From an uncultured Acidobacteriaceae bacterium (GTDB lineage Bacteria; Acidobacteriota; Terriglobia; Terriglobales; Acidobacteriaceae), in NCBI GenBank assembly GCA_963713465.1, contig CAVQLZ010000019.1, positions 720,945 to 784,944 of the forward strand: a stretch of 64,000 bases of DNA, given 5' to 3'. The translations under genes and the position numbers were made by a program. Positions 1 through 8,096 of this stretch are shown here, in pieces (the stretch's first letter is position 1; each line of letters starts with the position of its first letter). The notes beneath the pieces were generated by a model, which searched no databases, was not told the origin of the DNA, and saw only the letters and a program-made list of their open reading frames with translations.

Positions 1-119
1 GATGAGCAAATCGCGCAGAAACTAGCATAGGCGCTAGCTTTCCACAGTCTTGCACAATAAAACGCAAGATTTGCACAGAAGATTTGCGCTAGCTTCGCTT
101 TTTATTCTCTGCCCTAAGA

Positions 120-263
120 ATGATGCACTATACTCGCGCTATGACTACTTCCAAGAGGACAGCTTCACAGGCGGGAAAAGACTTGCGCAATCCCAACACC
201 CCTAAGCGGGACCGTGGGCCAATTGCGTCAGACCTTGCCCAAGCGAAAAAGAAAAACAAGTAA
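120..263 (+). CDS. possible micro-ORF (47 aa, Lys/Arg-rich) inside the AT-richer element
   Basis: ATG at 120 (in-frame ATG also at 141) and TAA at 261-263. An 8-bp stem hairpin follows (acgggcag 269-276 / ctgcccgt 290-297). It is below the ORF-track size cut-off and I recognise no family. Confidence 0.2.
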   Translation: MMHYTRAMTTSKRTASQAGKDLRNPNTPKRDRGPIASDLAQAKKKNK

Positions 264-347
264 ACAGCACGGGCAGTAATGGTTTGTTGCTGCCCGTTCT
301 CTTGTGTGCGTGTAGAATGCGCTTTCTCTTATAACGAACGGAGAACT

Positions 348-1478
348 ATGACAGCAGAGAAGCTGTACGGAATACTTAGGCTGCTTGAAAGTCTTGACGT
401 GAGGCTTGGACTGCAAAGCAGCTTGGAGGCGGTTGGCACGGCCCTGGCGAATTTGGCCGCCAATCCAGCACAGGCGCAACATCAGACCTCACTTGCACAG
501 GCCATCAGTGAGTTGGAAACGGCTGCTGAGGAACTCAGGGGCGAGATTTCGCCTTCCGAGGCGGTCACAATTAATGCAATGGGAGGTGGGGAGTTCTTTA
601 ACCCCGGCATCGCGGATAAGGTAAAGGATGCCATCCAGAAAAACCCTATGACCCCCTCCGTTGCTCGTGATTTTGTTCAGGACCTTGTACGCAGGCGTTC
701 AGGGTTTCTTAAAACCGTGCGAAATGCGAAAGAGAGTTTAGAACAACTCGGGATAGAAGAATCGAAACTACAGCCGGGGTCTGCGGACTTGGCTTTTCTG
801 ATACCCCGTGACATGTTTGATAATCAGCTCGGGCCGTTCGCAAAAGAACTTACGTTCATCAACCGCTTGATGCAGGACTATAGCGAAGCCATCACGGGCA
901 GCGCGGAACAACCCGAGCTAGAACAACTGTCATCCTCCATACCCACTATTGCACTGCTTGCGAAAGCCCAAGTTATACAGGCAATTGCTGAGGTGGTGAA
1001 CAAATTCCTGACGGCCTGGGAGAAAATTGAGAAAATCCGAAAGGCACGGGCTGACCTGAAAGAAATGGGGCTGTCACGTAAAGCTCTCGACGAATTAAAC
1101 GAAAGCATAGAGACGACTGTGGAAGAGGTCATAGAAGAGTCAACACAACTTGTCATCGTTCACTATGGCGGGGACCGCAAGAACGAGCTTGCTAACGCGG
1201 TTCGTCAGGACACTCGGCGACTGTTCGGACAAATAGAAAGGGGCCTGAGCATTGAATTTCGTGCGAACAAAGACGACGAGGGCGAAGGCGAAGCACAGCA
1301 AGCCCTAGCAGGGATAGACAGTCTCGCCAAAGTTCTGAGATTTCCGCAAGTCACGAAGGACCCGATGCTCTTGGAGGCGGGGGAAGTTATTGAGGGCGAG
1401 TTGCGAACATCGAAGCATACAAAAAAGACAACGACGGCTCAGAAGACGACTGCGAGCAAAGCATCCCCAAGTGAATAA
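348..1478 (+). CDS. hypothetical protein (376 aa from MTAEKL; helical, acidic, Thr/Lys-rich tail)
   Basis: Long ORF 279-1478. The internal ATG at 348 is the more plausible start. I recognise no motif. Local composition is AT-richer. Confidence 0.6.
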   Translation: MTAEKLYGILRLLESLDVRLGLQSSLEAVGTALANLAANPAQAQHQTSLAQAISELETAAEELRGEISPSEAVTINAMGGGEFFNPGIADKVKDAIQKNPMTPSVARDFVQDLVRRRSGFLKTVRNAKESLEQLGIEESKLQPGSADLAFLIPRDMFDNQLGPFAKELTFINRLMQDYSEAITGSAEQPELEQLSSSIPTIALLAKAQVIQAIAEVVNKFLTAWEKIEKIRKARADLKEMGLSRKALDELNESIETTVEEVIEESTQLVIVHYGGDRKNELANAVRQDTRRLFGQIERGLSIEFRANKDDEGEGEAQQALAGIDSLAKVLRFPQVTKDPMLLEAGEVIEGELRTSKHTKKTTTAQKTTASKASPSE

Positions 1479-1495
1479 GGGGCACCTATGCGCGG

Positions 1496-2614
1496 CTAGT
1501 TCTTCCACGTTGCCGAAACAAGGGAATCCAGGCGGTCCTGCCGCCCCTTGACCCATTTCGCATAGTGGCGCTCGGTAGTGGTCACGCTGCGATGCCCTAG
1601 CAATTTGGAAACGTGCTCCAGCGGGACACCTTTTGTTAGCAGGTCCACCGCAAACGTGGCGCGGAGCCGGTGACTAATCATGTGGCCTCTGCTCTTCACA
1701 CCCGCCGCGTCAAAAGCCGCCGCTATGCACTCGCCCATGTAGCTGGCTTGCCGGTATTCGGCCTTGTCTTCCGTGCTCTCTTGCCGATTCCAGAAGACAT
1801 ACACCGGGTTGCCGTTGAGCGTGGCTGTCACGTCCTCTGCTACGTCCTTCGGGATGGGGATGTACAGCGGCTCGCCCGTCTTCGTGCGTTCGCGGATGAT
1901 TCGGTAGATGCTCTTGCCCTTGTCAAAGCTGAGGTCATCACGCTTGAGCGTGGACGCGTCCCGGATGGCAAGGCCGCTCCAGCGCATCAGCTTTATCAGC
2001 GTGCGCGTCTTGCCCGTCGCCTTTGCGAGAACCTTGTTGTACTCCGCGTCTGTGAGCGGCTCCGTTTCCGGCTCATCAATCTTGATGGGGGACAGCTTGG
2101 GGATGCGATCTATCCATGCGGCGTTATAGCAGAAGCGGAGGAAGTGATTGAGGTGCTTCTGCACTGTGGCGCGGCTGTAAGATGATTTGTACACCGGCGT
2201 CCAGGTAGCGCGCAGCGCAACGAGGTTGTCAATCGTCAGTGCTTGCTTCACTGTGAGCAGCCCGCGACGTTCGGAAAAATCCAGCAGGCGCTTTAGCTCA
2301 CGCTTGTACATATTGAGCACGCGGACCTTGATGCCTTGCGCTTCCTTGTTGGCCTCAAAAGTTTCAATGGCGACACAGAGCAGCAAGCCCTCTGCGGATT
2401 TTTCGGGGACACGGCCCGCAAGCTGTTCCTCCAGCTCCCGCTTTTTCTCTTCGGCTCCGGCCCATGAACGGCACCCGGTCTTCCTGCGATACTGTTTGCC
2501 GTGCTGACTCCAGCGGAGGTGCTTCTTGCACTGGCAGCGTTTGCCGAATTCATCCCCGACATACTTGCAGTCCGGGTTGTGCCGGACGAATATCGTAATG
2601 AGTGGCGCTTCCAT
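1496..2614 (-). CDS. tyrosine recombinase / phage-type integrase
   Basis: 372-aa ORF. The C-terminal catalytic region reads HRLRATFAVDLL...LLGHRSVTTTERHYAKW (R..HxxR..Y pattern), and an N-terminal SAM-like core-binding region is present. Confidence 0.9.
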   Translation of the reverse strand: MEAPLITIFVRHNPDCKYVGDEFGKRCQCKKHLRWSQHGKQYRRKTGCRSWAGAEEKKRELEEQLAGRVPEKSAEGLLLCVAIETFEANKEAQGIKVRVLNMYKRELKRLLDFSERRGLLTVKQALTIDNLVALRATWTPVYKSSYSRATVQKHLNHFLRFCYNAAWIDRIPKLSPIKIDEPETEPLTDAEYNKVLAKATGKTRTLIKLMRWSGLAIRDASTLKRDDLSFDKGKSIYRIIRERTKTGEPLYIPIPKDVAEDVTATLNGNPVYVFWNRQESTEDKAEYRQASYMGECIAAAFDAAGVKSRGHMISHRLRATFAVDLLTKGVPLEHVSKLLGHRSVTTTERHYAKWVKGRQDRLDSLVSATWKN

Positions 2615-2682
2615 GAAAGCTCCTTTTCGACAAAAACGCTATCACATTTCTAGCACAAAAAGCTGTGATATTTTTTAAGTGA

Positions 2683-3252
2683 TTGAAAATAATGACGAGA
2701 AATGATGCTTGGAGTTTGCTAACTGAGTTCACGCAGTCAGAAAGTTTGCGCAAGCACGCGCTGGCGGTCGAGGCCTGCATGCGTGCCTACGCCCGCAAGC
2801 TCGGCGGCGACGAGGACGAGTGGGCGCTCGTCGGCCTGCTGCACGACTTCGACTACGAGCGCTATCCCACGGCCGAAGAGCATCCCTTCAAGGGCAGCGA
2901 GATCCTGAAGGAGCGCGGCTGGCCCGACGAGCTGCGCCGCGCCATCCTCTCGCACGCCGACTACTCCGGCGTGAAGCGCGAGTCGCCGATGGAGAAGGCG
3001 CTGTTCGCCTGCGACGAGCTCGCCGGATTTATCACCGCAACCGCGCTGGTGAAGCCCAACAAGTCGCTGGCCGAAGTCGACGCCAAGTCGGTGCGCAAGC
3101 GGATGAAGGACAAAGCCTTCGCGCGCTCGGTCAGCCGCGACGACATCGTCAACGGCGCCGCCGATCTCGGCATCGACCTCGACGAGCACATCACCTTCTG
3201 CATCGAGGCGATGAAGACCATCGCCGACCAGCTCGGACTCGAAGGAAGATGA
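2683..3252 (+). CDS. HD/HDIG domain metal-dependent phosphohydrolase
   Basis: 189-aa ORF with H...LLHDFDY...H...D motifs typical of HD-domain proteins. An alternative ATG lies at 2692. Confidence 0.85.
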   Translation: MKIMTRNDAWSLLTEFTQSESLRKHALAVEACMRAYARKLGGDEDEWALVGLLHDFDYERYPTAEEHPFKGSEILKERGWPDELRRAILSHADYSGVKRESPMEKALFACDELAGFITATALVKPNKSLAEVDAKSVRKRMKDKAFARSVSRDDIVNGAADLGIDLDEHITFCIEAMKTIADQLGLEGR

Positions 3253-3254
3253 AA

Positions 3255-3289
<35 letters not shown>

Positions 3290-3310
3290 GCCAGTCCGTG
3301 CAGATAACGC

Positions 3311-3347
3311 GGGTGCCCCATCCTAGCCTTCTTTTGGCTATGGTGGG
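3311..3347. repeat. hairpin + GGGTGCCC unit (family B)
   Basis: gggtgcccc-atcctagcc-ttctttt-ggctatggtggg. The same stem type occurs at 11714-11750. Confidence 0.7.
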
Positions 3348-3389
3348 AGACGGCGCTTGGCCCTTGGCGCTGGCTGCTCCCTCCTAAAA

Positions 3390-3478
3390 TTGTCATCCCG
3401 ACCGGAGCGCCGGCGTGTTTTTCCGACTCGGCCGCCGCAAGCGGACCGAGTCGGCGGGCGCGGACTGGAGGGACCTGC
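3390..3478. repeat. dispersed element of the ttgtcatcccga...ggagggacctgc family (family C)
   Basis: ttgtcatcccgaccggagcg...ccgactcgg-ccgccgcaagcgg-accgagtcgg...ggactggagggacctgc. Reverse-oriented copies lie at 9370-9800, 29441-29496 and 44749-44805. Confidence 0.7.
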
Positions 3479-3901
3479 TTTGGCTCGCCCCAAGCCGATG
3501 CTGCGTGCCGTTCTTCGGAAAAAATTTCTAAAATTTTGTCGCTGATTCTAAGGCAGTTAAACCATAGTATTCAAAACAAAGGACTTACGTTGCAAGCTAA
3601 GTGCCTGCATTGCAGCAGCTTACGAACTTTGCGGCAAGATACTGCGAACAAATAACTTAGCTGCAAACCTTTGCGCGACAGATACTTAGCGGGCTCGTGA
3701 GACGAATCAGCAGGCAGCCCTGATGACAGCGAAAACCGGCTACCGACAGCGCCAACAATTTTTCAAAGAACGTCAACCACCGGACTACTCCGGAGCCATT
3801 GGACACACCAAGCCCAACCTATCAGCGTACCGTGTACCCGGTTTTCGTCAAGATTACGAGAGTAGGGGGTGGGGTAATTGGTCTTTGGTAACCAGGAAAG
3901 G

Positions 3902-4018
3902 CAGTTGTCAGTTGTCGGTTGTCAGTCGTCAGTTGTCAGTTGCTCAGTTGTAGCCGTTTACTAAACCTGATTCTCATCGCAGACCATCGCCGAGAACCGA
4001 CAACTGACAACTGTTTTT
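3902..4018 (+). terminator. long-loop hairpin with T-run (heptamer-arm inverted repeat)
   Basis: cagttgtcagttgtcggtt (3902-3920) pairs perfectly with aaccgacaactgacaactg (3995-4013), followed by ttttt (4014-4018). Terminator function is not demonstrated. Confidence 0.4.
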
Positions 4019-4122
4019 CAGCGCCGTAGGCGCGAAAGAGGAGAACCCAGCGTTTCAGCGCTGGGTAGGCGGGATAAAAAGAACCCGAGTCCCTTCAGGG
4101 ACGGCAGCAGGGCGTCCCTTAT

Positions 4123-4139
4123 GGTATAACAGTTATACC
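4123..4139. promoter_or_regulatory. perfect 8-1-8 palindrome ggtataac-a-gttatacc, candidate BrnA (RHH) operator
   Basis: It ends 1 nt before the brnT ATG, and an identical copy lies at 5338-5354. Type II TA operons are usually autoregulated at palindromes. Confidence 0.45.
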
Positions 4140-4140
4140 A

Positions 4141-4419
4141 ATGCGTGTTAGCTTCGACGCTCGCAAGAGCCGCGCTTTGCGGCAAAACCGGAAACGCGGT
4201 ATCGGCTTCGAGGAGGCGCAGGAGATCTTCGAGCATCCGTACTATCTCGATCAGCGCTCGGACCTGCCGTCGCAGTACCGCGCGATTGGATGGGTTGGAG
4301 ACGAGTTATACACGCTCATCTTCGAAATCAGGAGCGATGAAGCCGGCGAGTACTACCGCCTGGTGACTCTCTGGAAAGCGACGCGCGAGGAGCAGCAGCT
4401 TTATGAAGAAAACTCGTGA
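4141..4419 (+). CDS. brnT: BrnT-family (DUF497) toxin, copy 1
   Basis: 92 aa. The pattern F-D..K...N..KRG..FEEA..IF.......D......R...IG.....L..L.F........YRLVT.WKAT..E...Y matches BrnT. It overlaps the downstream antitoxin gene by 17 nt. Confidence 0.85.
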   Translation: MRVSFDARKSRALRQNRKRGIGFEEAQEIFEHPYYLDQRSDLPSQYRAIGWVGDELYTLIFEIRSDEAGEYYRLVTLWKATREEQQLYEENS

Positions 4420-4687
4420 TACTCGGAAGCCCGTTTCTGCCGAGGCCATCGCCCGGCTTGCTGACAAAGGGGAGAACGTCTCCCGCTTTTTCACCAATGC
4501 GGGACGCATGATGCCGCCCATCCAGCGAGTGAATGTGGATTTCACGGCGCCGATGCTCTCTGAACTCGACACCGCAGCCACGGAGCTGAACATCAGCCGC
4601 CAGGCGGTCATCAAGACGCTGTTGCGACAGGCGCTCGATCAGCATTATCTCGCGCGTAGCGCCGCGCCACGGGCGAAGCGGGCCTAG
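4403..4687 (+). CDS. brnA: BrnA-family antitoxin (RHH/CopG-like), copy 1
   Basis: 94 aa. It carries RVNVDFTAPMLSELD..A.ELNISRQAVIKTLL, as in BrnA antitoxins. Confidence 0.85.
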   Translation: MKKTRDTRKPVSAEAIARLADKGENVSRFFTNAGRMMPPIQRVNVDFTAPMLSELDTAATELNISRQAVIKTLLRQALDQHYLARSAAPRAKRA

Positions 4688-5337
4688 CGGTTCGCCCGCT
4701 ATAGTTGACCGCTGCGAAGTCCGCCGCGGCGGATCGGTTGTCCGTTGTCGGATGCGGATAGTCGCAATGCTCGTCAGGCCTCGCGTGGACACAGTGCCGA
4801 AGGCACGACAGATGATAGCCCAGCGTTTCAACAAGGGCGCAGCAGCTTACGAACTTTGCGGCAAGATACTGCGAACAAATAACTTAGCTGCAAACCTTTG
4901 CGCGACAGATACTTAGCGGGCTCGTGAGACGAATCAGCAGGCAGCCCTGATGACAGCGAAAACCGGCTACCGACCGCGCCAACAATTTTTCAAAGAACGT
5001 CAACCACCGGACTACTCCGGAGCCATTGGACACACCAAGCCCAACCTATCAGCGTACCGTGTACCCGGTTTTCGTCAAGATTACGAGAGTAGGGGGTGGG
5101 GTAATTGGTCTTTGGTAACCAGGAAAGGCAGTTGTCAGTTGTCGGTTGTCAGTGCTCAGTTGTCAGTGCTCAGTAGCCGTTTACCAAACCTGATTCTCAT
5201 CGCAGACCATCACCGAGAACTGACAACTGTTTTTCAGCGCCGTAGGCGCGAAAGAGGAGAACCCAGCGTTTCAGCGCTGGGTAGGCGGGATAAAAAGAAC
5301 CCGAGTCCCTTCAGGGACGGCACATGTCGTCCCTTAT

Positions 5338-5354
5338 GGTATAACAGTTATACC
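5338..5354. promoter_or_regulatory. second copy of the ggtataac-a-gttatacc palindrome
   Basis: Identical to 4123-4139. It ends 1 nt before the brnT copy 2 ATG. Confidence 0.45.
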
Positions 5355-5355
5355 A

Positions 5356-5634
5356 ATGCGTGTTAGCTTCGACGCTCGCAAGAGCCGCGCTTTGCGGCAA
5401 AACCGGAAGCGAGGCGTCGGCTTTGAAGAGGCGCAGGAGATCTTCGAACATCCGTACTATCTCGATCAGCGCTCGGACCTGCCGTCGCAGTACCGCGCGA
5501 TTGGATGGGTTGGAGATCGGCTGTACACGCTCATCTTCGAAAGCAGGAGTGATGAAGCCGGTGAGTACTACCGCCTGGTGACTCTCTGGAAAGCGACGCG
5601 CGAGGAGCAGCAACTTTATGAAGAAAATTCGTGA
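5356..5634 (+). CDS. brnT: BrnT-family toxin, copy 2
   Basis: 92 aa, with 3 aa differences from copy 1 (I->V, E->R, I->S). Confidence 0.85.
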   Translation: MRVSFDARKSRALRQNRKRGVGFEEAQEIFEHPYYLDQRSDLPSQYRAIGWVGDRLYTLIFESRSDEAGEYYRLVTLWKATREEQQLYEENS

Positions 5635-5902
5635 TACTCGGAAGCCCGTTTCTGCCGAGGCCATCGCCCGGCTTGCTGACAAAGGGGAGAACGTCTCCCG
5701 CTTTTTCACCAATGCCGGACGCATGATGCCGCCCATCCAGCGAGTGAATGTGGACTTCACGGCGCCGATGCTCTCTGAGCTCGACAACGCAGCCACGGAG
5801 CTGAACATCAGCCGCCAGGCGGTAATCAAGACGCTGTTGCGACAGGCGCTCGATCAGCATTATCTCGCGCGCAGCGCCGCGCCGCGAGCGAAGCGAGCCT
5901 AA
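5618..5902 (+). CDS. brnA: BrnA-family antitoxin, copy 2
   Basis: 94 aa, with 2 aa differences from copy 1 (T->I, T->N). Confidence 0.85.
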   Translation: MKKIRDTRKPVSAEAIARLADKGENVSRFFTNAGRMMPPIQRVNVDFTAPMLSELDNAATELNISRQAVIKTLLRQALDQHYLARSAAPRAKRA

Positions 5903-6100
5903 CGGTTCGCCCGCTATAGTTGACCGCTGCGAAGTCCGCCGCGGCGGATCGGTTGTCCGTTGTCGGATGCGGATAGTCGCAATGCTCGTCAGGCCTCGCG
6001 TGGACACAGTGCCGAAGGCACGACAGATGATAGCCCAGCGTTTCAACGCTGGGTACGCGTGATAAAAGAAGCCGAGTCCCTTCAGGGACGGCACAGCCCT

Positions 6101-7036
6101 TTATCGTTCGCCTCGATCGAGATTCAATTGCGTTGGATCCTCCATTACCTCTTTGACCTTGGTGATGGTGTTCTTCGCGACGAGTTTCTTGCTCTTGTTC
6201 GGCGTAACATGCCAGCTTAGGATAACTCTCAGTTGGTCACCCTCTCCGAATGTAACTTTGTGCTGGTGAACCTTAGACCAGAATTCTTCGTCCTCTATTT
6301 TTGCGACGACTGTGGCTCCTCTTTCAAAGAAAGTCCAAGTCGTACCCTCGACGAACGAGAGCTTGGATACAATCAGTACAGTCTCCCGTGTCCCCTCCGT
6401 CGGCGACTCGCCCGATTCCAGTTGCAGCGGTTCTGGTTCGAAATACTCTGCTTCAGCTTTGTCGAACGCTGCCTGCTCGGCGCCATCCTGCCGAATGGAG
6501 ATGCGATTGATTCCAGCTTCCCGCAGGGAACCTGTGACCCGCCCCAGGGCGCTCCTTATTGCGGAATCTCCATACAGGTTAAGAACGACTTTCGAAACAG
6601 TTTTCTTACTCTGGCCTAGAGTCAATTCAACATTGTTGCCGACCTGGACGACTTTATCGGGTTTGCCGCCCTTTAACCACTTGTAAAGTCCGATGAGCGA
6701 CTCCTGAACCAATTCCCGGTTCTTCAGCACGAAGCCTATGACGCCAGCTAAGGCCGTGGCATCGAGGAAAGGGTGTGCCGTTATCAGATGTTTCGCTTCC
6801 TCGATAATGTTTTGAATCAACTCCAGATCCGTGATGAAAGAGCCGCGCCTGAAATTCGATTTGACAAGAACCGCTGTAGCGCTGGCTTCTCCGTTTACGA
6901 GGAAGTTGGCGCGATTGAATAGTTCGCTATAACCCAACAACGATTCCCCCAGTAGATGGGCATCCATGCTACCGGCTTGTAGGGCGGGTCCCTCAAAAAC
7001 AACTTCAAGATCGCTCGAACTCATATGCGACTCCAT
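6101..7036 (-). CDS. hypothetical protein (311 aa), AT-richer island
   Basis: Clean ORF in an AT-richer region. There is no signal peptide and no catalytic motif I recognise. The C-terminal third looks beta-rich. Confidence 0.6.
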   Translation of the reverse strand: MESHMSSSDLEVVFEGPALQAGSMDAHLLGESLLGYSELFNRANFLVNGEASATAVLVKSNFRRGSFITDLELIQNIIEEAKHLITAHPFLDATALAGVIGFVLKNRELVQESLIGLYKWLKGGKPDKVVQVGNNVELTLGQSKKTVSKVVLNLYGDSAIRSALGRVTGSLREAGINRISIRQDGAEQAAFDKAEAEYFEPEPLQLESGESPTEGTRETVLIVSKLSFVEGTTWTFFERGATVVAKIEDEEFWSKVHQHKVTFGEGDQLRVILSWHVTPNKSKKLVAKNTITKVKEVMEDPTQLNLDRGER

Positions 7037-7218
7037 TCACGACCGGATTGTAATACCCATTGGGGTACCGGAGTACCGCAATTTCTTGTCGGAGAACCTA
7101 CTTTTGCACAAATATCTCAATCGTTTTCAACAGCGCATTTGTTGACATTCGCCTTTCATTTGCCGACCATATAGCTTGGTCGGTAGCTGTTCGGGTAGAC
7201 CGGCTGAGGAGGAAGCGC

Positions 7219-7936
7219 ATGGCTCAGCAGAGGATCAAGGACGATGCACCGATTAGGATACCGGTCAGTTGTTTAGCTGATTTTGTGAGTTCCGGCGGGC
7301 GCTCTGCGGAGGCTCTGATCCTACCGTATAAGTACAACAGGCGTGGTGAAGGCTTCGCCAGGAGCAGCTATTACAAATACGCGGTCGCGGTCATACGGAG
7401 ATTTCACGGATGTGGCAACGATCCCGCCGTAGTTTCGGACGCGCTAGCTGAATTGCGCACGAAGGCCGAACGTCAGCGATAAGAAGTGGGAGCAGACAAA
7501 GCTCGACAAGAACATCGCAGCTCTCAGCGCGTATCAACAGATTTATGGAAAAAGAAGATTCCGGATTCTGCCGAATCATCGTATCGCGTACCAAGTGGGC
7601 AGAGTCATTTTCACGGCACAACCGGATCTCTGGGTCGAGGAAAACGGCACGGAGATTCTTCTGAAGATCGGAATTGCTAGAAAGAAGTCTTCGTATGTGG
7701 ACGTGCTCCTCACTGTCATTCGCAAAGCGGCGGTCAGCAGCGGCTATCGGCGTGTTCGAGCCAAGAATGTCGTTTATCTGAATGTTACGACCGGACGTGA
7801 AGTCATTTGTTCCAGCGCTCTCACTAGATTCAACAGAACCTTCAGGGCGATCGCACAAGAAATTGCAAAGGCTTGGGTCAGGGCGGCGCCAATTAGACAA
7901 GGCCAGTACGGCAGCGGCGCGCAACCGTCTGCTTAA
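7219..7936 (+). pseudogene. unknown gene split by one frameshift (about 88 aa in frame 1 + about 160 aa in frame 2)
   Basis: ATG 7219 is preceded by gaggagga. Frame 1 stops at 7480-7482. Frame 2 is open from 7448 to 7936 but has no ATG/GTG/TTG before 7595, so the two frames overlap only at 7448-7482. Confidence 0.5.
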
Positions 7937-7940
7937 AAGC

Positions 7941-8050
7941 GCCGTGCCGCCGGCTGAAGCCGGCTCGGCATTTCTATTTCTGCCTACCCAGGACTGAAGT
8001 CCTGGGCTAAGCTGATTCCGTCCCGCAGTGCGGGACTGGTGTGTCGACCG
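7941..8050. repeat. cluster of short GC-stem hairpins (family D)
   Basis: gccggc-tgaa-gccggc, cccagga-ctgaag-tcctggg and gtcccgc-agt-gcgggac. The first unit recurs at 9334-9366. Confidence 0.6.
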
Positions 8051-8096
8051 GCACGCCGCATCCGCTGCAAGCGAGGTCACGCGGCAATGGCGAACC

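Larger units (their letters stand above)
3612..4832 (+). repeat. tandem duplication, copy 1 (leader + brnT + brnA + tail)
   Basis: Manual alignment with 4839-6047. The offset is 1227 nt before and 1215 nt after a variable heptamer tract. Confidence 0.9.
4839..6047 (+). repeat. tandem duplication, copy 2
   Basis: See 3612-4832. The junction is 4833-4838. Copy 2 ends in a complete hairpin cccagcg-tttcaa-cgctggg that is truncated at the end of copy 1. Confidence 0.9.

Noticed and set aside
3723-5366. ORFs 3723-3953 (76 aa) and 4950-5366 (138 aa) in the brnTA leaders, considered as real genes.
   Set aside because: Both run into the heptamer tract, where the two copies differ by indels, so the C-termini and lengths are not conserved. 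There is no SD and no recognisable fold. The near-perfect nucleotide identity gives no coding signal.
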